The position numbers and the translations under genes were made by a program. Of a DNA stretch of 12,535 nt, positions 1 through 5,028 are shown in pieces. Source of the DNA: a virus. Taxonomy: Duplodnaviria; Heunggongvirae; Uroviricota; Caudoviricetes. The DNA is taken from IMG/VR virus record IMGVR_UViG_2563366903_000018; one strand, 5' to 3'. Positions within the stretch are counted from its first letter, which is position 1; the number at the start of each line of letters is the position of its first letter. The notes under the pieces are model-generated. The model did not search any database and had not been told where the DNA came from. It worked only from the letters and a program-made list of their open reading frames with translations.

Positions 1-567
1 ATGCTTATTGGCTATGTACGCGTGTCAACAAATGACCAGAACACCGATTTGCAACGTAATGCACTGAACTGCGCGGGATGTGAGCAGATTTTTGAGGACA
101 AAATCAGTGGCACTAAGTCCGACAGACCGGGGCTGAAAAAACTACTCAGGACACTATCGGCAGGAGACACGCTGGTTGTCTGGAAGCTGGACAGGTTGGG
201 GCGCAGTATGCGGCATCTTGTTACGCTGATAGAAGAGTTGCGCCAGCGTGGTGTGAATTTCAGAAGCCTGACTGACAGTATTGATACCAGTACCCCAATG
301 GGCCGTTTCTTTTTTCATGTCATGGGTGCCCTGGCTGAAATGGAACGCGAACTGATAGTTGAACGTACCAGGGCAGGGCTGGCTGCAGCTCGTGCCAAAG
401 GCAGAGTAGGTGGACGCCGTCCTAAGTTGACCACCGAACAGTGGGCACAGATTGGGCGTTTACTCGAGGCCGGAGAATCAATACAGCGTATTGCACTGAT
501 TTTTGATGTAGGCGTTTCTACCATTTATAGAAAATTTCCGGCAAATAAGATCAATGAATCCCCCTGA
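1..567 (+). CDS. Serine DNA invertase (Gin/Pin/Hin family site-specific recombinase)
   Basis: 188-aa ORF starting at window position 1. N-terminus MLIGYVRVSTNDQNTDLQ matches the catalytic-serine motif of small serine invertases, with a C-terminal helix-turn-helix region; remembered similarity to phage Mu Gin along most of its length. Sits where P2-like phages carry the region next to tail fibre genes. Confidence 0.9.
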   Translation: MLIGYVRVSTNDQNTDLQRNALNCAGCEQIFEDKISGTKSDRPGLKKLLRTLSAGDTLVVWKLDRLGRSMRHLVTLIEELRQRGVNFRSLTDSIDTSTPMGRFFFHVMGALAEMERELIVERTRAGLAAARAKGRVGGRRPKLTTEQWAQIGRLLEAGESIQRIALIFDVGVSTIYRKFPANKINESP

Positions 568-599
568 ATCAGCATTATGTTGATTATCCCTGCAAGCAG

Positions 600-709
600 A
601 CAAATACCGTTATTTTGTGTGAATAACGACACAACTGCGCTTAGCTGTTTGTCAGGCACAATCACTTCAACATAGGGCGAAGCCTAATCCAATCAGGAGG
701 TTCGCCACT
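600..709 (+). promoter_or_regulatory. Predicted P2-type late promoter upstream of FI, with a TGT-N12-ACA activator site (Ogr class) at 616..633
   Basis: TGTgtgaataacgacACA at 616..633 fits the TGT-N12-ACA dyad recognised by Ogr/Delta-type activators at P2 late promoters. It lies about 55 nt upstream of where a transcription start would be expected (around 675-685). RBS-like caggagg at 693..699 precedes the FI ATG at 710. No clear -35, as is typical for activator-dependent late promoters. Confidence 0.5.
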
Positions 710-1882
710 ATGGCTCAGGATTACCACCACGGGGTGCGCGTTGTTGAAGTCAACGAAGGCACCCGATCTATTACCACGGTGAGCACCGCCATCGTGGGTA
801 TGGTCTGCACGGGCGATGATGCCGATGCAAAAATGTTTCCTCTTAATAAACCCGTGCTGATCACTGATGTGCTGACTGCCAGCGGTAAAGCGGGTGAGTC
901 AGGTACTCTGGCCCGTTCGCTGGATGCCATCGCTGACCAGGCAAAACCCGTGACCATTGTTGTGCGTGTGCCGCAGGGTGAAACGGAAGACGAAACCACG
1001 ACCAATATCATCGGCGCAGTGACTGCTGAAGGTAAAAAAACAGGTATGAAAGCCCTGTTATCTGCCCAGTCACAGCTCGGCGTTAAACCGCGCATTCTCG
1101 GCGTGCCAGGCCACGACACCAAGGCGGTAGCTACTGAGTTGCTGAGCGTGGCGCAAAGCCTGCGTGGATTTGCTTACCTGTCAGCGTATGGCTGCAAGAC
1201 AGTGCAGGAGGCGATCACTTACCGCGAAAACTTCAGCCAGCGCGAAGGGATGCTGATCTGGCCTGACTTTACTGGCTGGGACACGGTGCTGAATGCCGAA
1301 GCAACGGCATATGCCACCGCCCGTGCGCTTGGTCTGCGCGCCAAAATTGACGAGCAGACCGGATGGCACAAAAGCCTGTCCAACGTGGGCGTGAACGGTG
1401 TCACCGGAATTTCTGCAGATGTGTTCTGGGATCTGCAGAACCCGGCAACCGATGCAGGTCTGCTGAACCAGAACGACGTCACCACGCTTGTGCGTAAAGA
1501 CGGTTTCCGCTTCTGGGGTTCCCGTTGCCTGAGTGATGACCCGCTCTTTGCCTTCGAAAACTACACCCGCACGGCGCAGGTGCTGATGGACACGATGGCA
1601 GAAGCACACATGTGGGCGGTGGATAAACCGCTTAACCCGTCGCTGGCCCGCGACATTATCGAAGGTATCCGCGCCAAAATGCGCAGCCTGGTCAGTCAGG
1701 GCTATCTCATTGGTGGTGATTGCTGGCTGGATGAGTCGGTGAACGACAAAGACACGCTGAAAGCCGGAAAACTCACCATCGACTACGACTACACGCCAGT
1801 GCCGCCACTTGAAAACCTGATGCTGCGTCAGCGCATCACCGATCAGTACCTGGTGAATTTCGCCAGCCAGGTCAGCGCGTAA
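710..1882 (+). CDS. FI: Contractile tail sheath protein (P2 gpFI homolog)
   Basis: 390-aa ORF with a good RBS; length and sequence character match P2 gpFI (about 396 aa); position immediately upstream of the tail tube gene. Confidence 0.9.
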   Translation: MAQDYHHGVRVVEVNEGTRSITTVSTAIVGMVCTGDDADAKMFPLNKPVLITDVLTASGKAGESGTLARSLDAIADQAKPVTIVVRVPQGETEDETTTNIIGAVTAEGKKTGMKALLSAQSQLGVKPRILGVPGHDTKAVATELLSVAQSLRGFAYLSAYGCKTVQEAITYRENFSQREGMLIWPDFTGWDTVLNAEATAYATARALGLRAKIDEQTGWHKSLSNVGVNGVTGISADVFWDLQNPATDAGLLNQNDVTTLVRKDGFRFWGSRCLSDDPLFAFENYTRTAQVLMDTMAEAHMWAVDKPLNPSLARDIIEGIRAKMRSLVSQGYLIGGDCWLDESVNDKDTLKAGKLTIDYDYTPVPPLENLMLRQRITDQYLVNFASQVSA

Positions 1883-1891
1883 GGGGACAAC

Positions 1892-2407
1892 ATGGCTTTA
1901 CCACGCAAATTAAAACACCTGAACCTGTTTAACGACGGGAACAACTGGCAGGGGATCGTTGAGTCGCTGACGCTGCCGAAATTTACCCGCAAATATGAGA
2001 AGTATCGCGGCGGCGGAATGCCGGGTGCGGTGGATGTGGATCTGGGGCTTGATGACAGTGCGCTGGACACAGAATTTTCCATTGGTGGTACTGAATTGCT
2101 GCTGTTTAAACAGATGGGTAAAACCACGGTGGATGGCATCCAGCTGCGCTTTACCGGCTCTATTCAGCGTGACGATACCGGGGAAGTGCAGGCCGTGGAG
2201 CTTGTCGTGCGTGGACGTCACAAAGAAGTGGATTCCGGCGAGTGGAAGACGGGCGAAAGCAACACCACCAAAGTGACCAGTACCAACAGCTACGCGAAGC
2301 TGACCATCAATGGTGAGGTGCTCTATGAAGTGGACCTTATCAACATGGTGGAAATTGTGGACGGTGTGGACCTGATGGAAGCGCACCGCAACGCCCTCGG
2401 CCTCTGA
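1892..2407 (+). CDS. FII: Tail tube protein (P2 gpFII homolog)
   Basis: 171-aa ORF directly after FI, starting MALPRKLKHLNLFNDG; size and synteny match P2 gpFII (about 172 aa). Confidence 0.9.
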   Translation: MALPRKLKHLNLFNDGNNWQGIVESLTLPKFTRKYEKYRGGGMPGAVDVDLGLDDSALDTEFSIGGTELLLFKQMGKTTVDGIQLRFTGSIQRDDTGEVQAVELVVRGRHKEVDSGEWKTGESNTTKVTSTNSYAKLTINGEVLYEVDLINMVEIVDGVDLMEAHRNALGL

Positions 2408-2418
2408 TATATCTGAAC

Positions 2419-2436
2419 GGCGCGGGATACCGCGCC
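2419..2436 (+). other. GC-rich stem-loop between FII and E (GGCGCGG-GATA-CCGCGCC)
   Basis: Perfect 7-bp GC inverted repeat with a 4-nt loop, read directly from the sequence. No U-tract follows, so it is not a canonical intrinsic terminator; it could be a partial terminator or RNA stability element. Confidence 0.3.
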
Positions 2437-2461
2437 AGAACCCAATTGACAGGACAGCAAA

Positions 2462-2764
2462 ATGAGCGATAAGCAGACTGAAAAGACCATTCAACTGGAT
2501 ACCCCCATCAAGCGCGGTAAAACAGAAATCACCGAAATTGTGCTGCGTAAACCGCAGTCCGGTGCGCTGCGCGGTACACGCCTGCAGGCCATTATGGATA
2601 TGGATGTAAACGCGATGATGACCGTGATCCCCCGCATCTCCAGTCCGGCACTGACTGCACAGGAAATTGCAGAGATGGACCCGGCAGATCTCACTGCCAT
2701 GTCGGTTGAGGTTGTCACTTTTTTGTTGAAGAAGTCGGTGCTTGCCGGTTTACCGACAGCCTGA
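2462..2764 (+). CDS. E: Tail assembly chaperone gpE (zero-frame product)
   Basis: 100-aa ORF between the tail tube and tape measure genes; contains the slippery heptamer near its 3' end, as in P2 gene E. Confidence 0.8.
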   Translation: MSDKQTEKTIQLDTPIKRGKTEITEIVLRKPQSGALRGTRLQAIMDMDVNAMMTVIPRISSPALTAQEIAEMDPADLTAMSVEVVTFLLKKSVLAGLPTA

Positions 2765-2898
2765 CGGTTGACGATCTGGTGGCAGATATCGCCACCATTT
2801 TTCACTGGCCGCCATCCGTTACTGACGTTATGCCGCTGACCGAAGTGCTGGAATGGCGGTATAAAGCGATTCAGAGAAGCGGGGCCAACGATGAGTGA
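2462..2898 (+). CDS. E+E': gpE+E' frameshift fusion protein (E frame 2462..2725, then -1 frame re-reading 2725 through stop at 2896..2898)
   Basis: Manual translation of the -1 frame from 2725 gives VEEVGACRFTDSLTVDDLVADIATIFHWPPSVTDVMPLTEVLEWRYKAIQRSGANDE, ending at TGA 2896..2898, which overlaps the T start codon at 2891. This is the conserved G/GT-like chaperone frameshift arrangement known for P2 E/E'. Confidence 0.65.
2719..2725 (+). promoter_or_regulatory. Programmed -1 ribosomal frameshift slippery site T_TTT_TTG (E to E')
   Basis: Heptamer TTTTTTG lies in the zero frame of E as T TTT TTG (codons Phe-Leu at 2720..2725). The -1 frame is open from here to a stop at 2896..2898. Confidence 0.7.
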
Positions 2899-3204
2899 TA
2901 ACAACCTGCGTCTGCAGGTCATTCTTAATGCGGTTGACAAGCTCACCCGCCCATTTCGATCTGCGCAGGCCAGTTCAAGAGAACTGGCTGCTGCTGTCAA
3001 AAAATCCCGCGATGCAATAAAGCAGCTTGATCAGGCCGGGAGCAGTCTGGACAGCTTCCGAAAGCTGCAGGCAGAAAATCAGAAATTAGGCGACAGGCTG
3101 AACTATGCCCGCCAGCGTGCAAATTTGCTCAGTCAGGAACTGGGAGCGATGGGGCCGCCTTCGCAACGTCAGGTTGTTGCTCTGGGCCGTCAACGGCTGG
3201 CTGT
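2891..3204 (+). CDS. T: Tail tape measure protein gpT, exon 1 (5' part; predicted 5' splice site after 3204)
   Basis: ORF starts MSDNNLRLQVILNAVDKL directly after E'. The reading frame runs into a stop at 3224..3226 only 7 codons after a GTGTG motif at 3205. The tape measure frame resumes about 1.8 kb downstream in the same frame. Confidence 0.55.
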
Positions 3205-3715
3205 GTGTGTCACGAAGGAGAACTGATAGCGGCAATATGAAAATTGCAGCATAAGTTATCCATGCTCTGAGGTGGGTGGAGGTGGGCCCTCCGGTCAGGG
3301 TTTGCAGGAACACTGACCAAACGACCCGGTGCTGCTTCATTCTAAGGAATGTAGTGGTGAGCGACTCGGGAAAAGGCAGAGATCTACTGTCACGTGGGGT
3401 TCGGGAAGCTGAACGAAAGTAAACTGTCCGATGAAGCATCGAAATCTTAGATGATGTCAAAATGGGGCCGTACAGCCGTCCTCTGATAAGCGCAGAAGAC
3501 ACCTGCTTACTGACTGCGCGGCATCCGGTGTTAAGGCAGCAGGATCCCGGGCCAGACCATCTCAGGGAACGTGAGAACCTGTTTCCGGCACGTATCGGGA
3601 AACAGGGGCGGACCCATTCGTAGTAGTGATGAAAGATCTGTAATGGGTCTGGAGCGAAGGGATGGGGATCACATTCATTGCAAAAGACACAACCCATAAG
3701 GGGATGATGTAACTG

Positions 3716-4948
3716 ATGCAACGAAAATCATTCGAAATACCAAAAGCACTGGTCTGGGCATCATATCTGGATGTGCGTCGCAACAAGGGAGCCCCCGGAT
3801 GCGACGGACAGACTTTGAAAATGTTCGACCAGCAACGTGATGGCAATCTATACAAGATCTGGAACCGGCTATGTTCGGGAACATGGTTTCCGCCACCTGT
3901 GCTGGAAAAACGGATCCCGAAGCCGAATGGCAAGGAGCGCATTCTGGGGATCCCAACAGTATCCGATCGAATTGCTCAGGGAGCGATAAAACTTTTTATG
4001 GAAGAAAAGCTTGACCCGATTTTCCATGCTGATTCTTATGGTTACCGACCAGGCAAATCAGCTCATGACGCTCTGAAACAATGTGCCATCCGGTGCTGGC
4101 GTTATAGCTGGATACTGGAAGTGGACATCAGTGCGTTTTTCGACCATGTGAGACATGATCTGGTGCTCAAAGCACTGGAACACCACGGGATGCCTAAATG
4201 GGTCATCCTGTACTGTCGACGCTGGATGGAAGCACCAATGCAGAGTTGTGAAAATGGAGAATTAATAACCCGAACACGAGGCACTCCGCAGGGCGGGGTC
4301 ATTAGTCCGCTACTTGCTAACTTGTTCCTTCACTATGCATTTGATTTGTGGATGGAAAGAGAATATCGGGGGGTACCGTTTGAGAGGTACGCTGATGATA
4401 TTGTAGTACATTGTTCACGAATGAGTGATGCAACAAGGCTGAAGAACAGGTTATCGGAGCGCTTCTCGGAAGTCGGGCTGGTCCTGAATGCAGGGAAAAC
4501 GAATATCGCCTACATTGACACGTTTAAAAGGAGAAACGTCGCAACGAGTTTCACCTTTCTCGGATATGACTTCAAAGTGCGTACGCTGAAGAATTTCAAA
4601 GGCGAACTGTACCGAAAATGCATGCCGGGTGCGTCAAATGCAGCAATGCGCAAAATAACAGAAACAATCAAGAAGTGGCGTATACATCGCTCAACAGCTG
4701 AGAGTTTGCTGGATTTTGCGAGGCGCTACAATGCGATAGTGAGAGGCTGGATCGAGTACTACGGAAAGTTCTGGTCCAGAAATTTCAACTATCGACTGTG
4801 GAGTGCAATGCAGTCACGTCTGCTCAAGTGGATGCAGTCTAAATACAGACTTTCGAACCGGAGGGCTCAGCGAAAGCTGACGCTGGTAAGGAAGGAGTAT
4901 CCGAAGCTATTTGTCCACTGGTATTTACTACGTGCATCGAATGAGTGA
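3716..4948 (+). CDS. Group II intron-encoded reverse transcriptase/maturase (En-minus type)
   Basis: 410-aa ORF with RT motifs: IPKPNGKERILGIPTVSDR (RT1/2), YGYRPGKSAHDAL, LEVDISAFFDHVRHD (RT3), GTPQGGVISPLLANLFLH (RT4), YADDIVV (RT5 catalytic), FLGYDF (RT7), and maturase domain X RGWIEYYG. No Cys/His-rich HNH endonuclease region after domain X. RBS-like aagggga about 11 nt upstream of the ATG. Confidence 0.9.
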   Translation: MQRKSFEIPKALVWASYLDVRRNKGAPGCDGQTLKMFDQQRDGNLYKIWNRLCSGTWFPPPVLEKRIPKPNGKERILGIPTVSDRIAQGAIKLFMEEKLDPIFHADSYGYRPGKSAHDALKQCAIRCWRYSWILEVDISAFFDHVRHDLVLKALEHHGMPKWVILYCRRWMEAPMQSCENGELITRTRGTPQGGVISPLLANLFLHYAFDLWMEREYRGVPFERYADDIVVHCSRMSDATRLKNRLSERFSEVGLVLNAGKTNIAYIDTFKRRNVATSFTFLGYDFKVRTLKNFKGELYRKCMPGASNAAMRKITETIKKWRIHRSTAESLLDFARRYNAIVRGWIEYYGKFWSRNFNYRLWSAMQSRLLKWMQSKYRLSNRRAQRKLTLVRKEYPKLFVHWYLLRASNE

Positions 4949-4952
4949 TCAA

Positions 4953-5028
4953 GAGCCGTATGACGCGAGAGTGTCACGTACGGTTCCGTGAGCAGCCGGG
5001 GAGTGAAATTCTCTCCGGCTGACTCGAC
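4953..5028 (+). ncRNA. Group II intron ribozyme domains V and VI (catalytic hairpin plus branch-point hairpin)
   Basis: Domain V GAGCCGUAUGACGCGAGAGUGUCACGUACGGUUC (4953..4986): 10-bp lower stem, AGC catalytic triad at 4954..4956, 2-nt CA bulge on the 3' strand, 4-bp upper stem, GAGA (GNRA) tetraloop. Domain VI: 11-bp stem 4993..5003 with 5011..5021, bulged A at 5022, short basal helix, intron ending ...GAC at 5028. Confidence 0.75.

Larger units (their letters stand above)
3205..5028 (+). mobile_element. Group II intron (self-splicing retroelement) inserted in tape measure gene T; boundaries predicted (5' GUGUG at 3205, 3' ...GAC at 5028; 1824 nt)
   Basis: Contains a reverse transcriptase/maturase ORF (3716..4948) and a canonical domain V (4953..4986) 3 nt after the ORF stop. 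A domain VI hairpin (4993..5021) has a bulged A at 5022, 7 nt from the predicted 3' end. The 5' end matches GUGYG. ACAGCC at 3472..3477 is a candidate EBS1, complementary to the last 6 nt of exon 1 (GGCUGU, 3199..3204). Length is a multiple of 3 and both exons are in the same frame. Confidence 0.8.

Noticed and set aside
2891-3226. The 111-aa ORF taken as a complete small gene
   Set aside because: Its N-terminus is the start of the tape measure protein and its last 7 codons read into the predicted intron; it is best interpreted as T exon 1 plus intron read-through.
3086-3956. Minus-strand ORFs (211, 126, 93 aa) overlapping intron domains I-III and the 5' end of the RT gene
   Set aside because: They lie antisense within the structured intron RNA and the RT ORF and have no start context; the region is better explained as ribozyme sequence.
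3716-4948. Possibility that the reverse transcriptase is a retron RT (anti-phage defence) rather than an intron-encoded protein
   Set aside because: The protein has a maturase-like domain X (RGWIEYYG) after the RT domain, and a canonical group II domain V/VI ribozyme lies 3 nt after its stop codon. The insertion also interrupts a gene in frame. All of this fits a group II intron and not a retron msr/msd arrangement.
4988-5028. GTG at 4988 (given by the ORF track) as the start of an independent 934-aa tape measure gene
   Set aside because: The GTG lies inside intron domain VI with no RBS, and the true T N-terminus (with the E' overlap) is 2 kb upstream; the frame is more plausibly entered by splicing at 5029.
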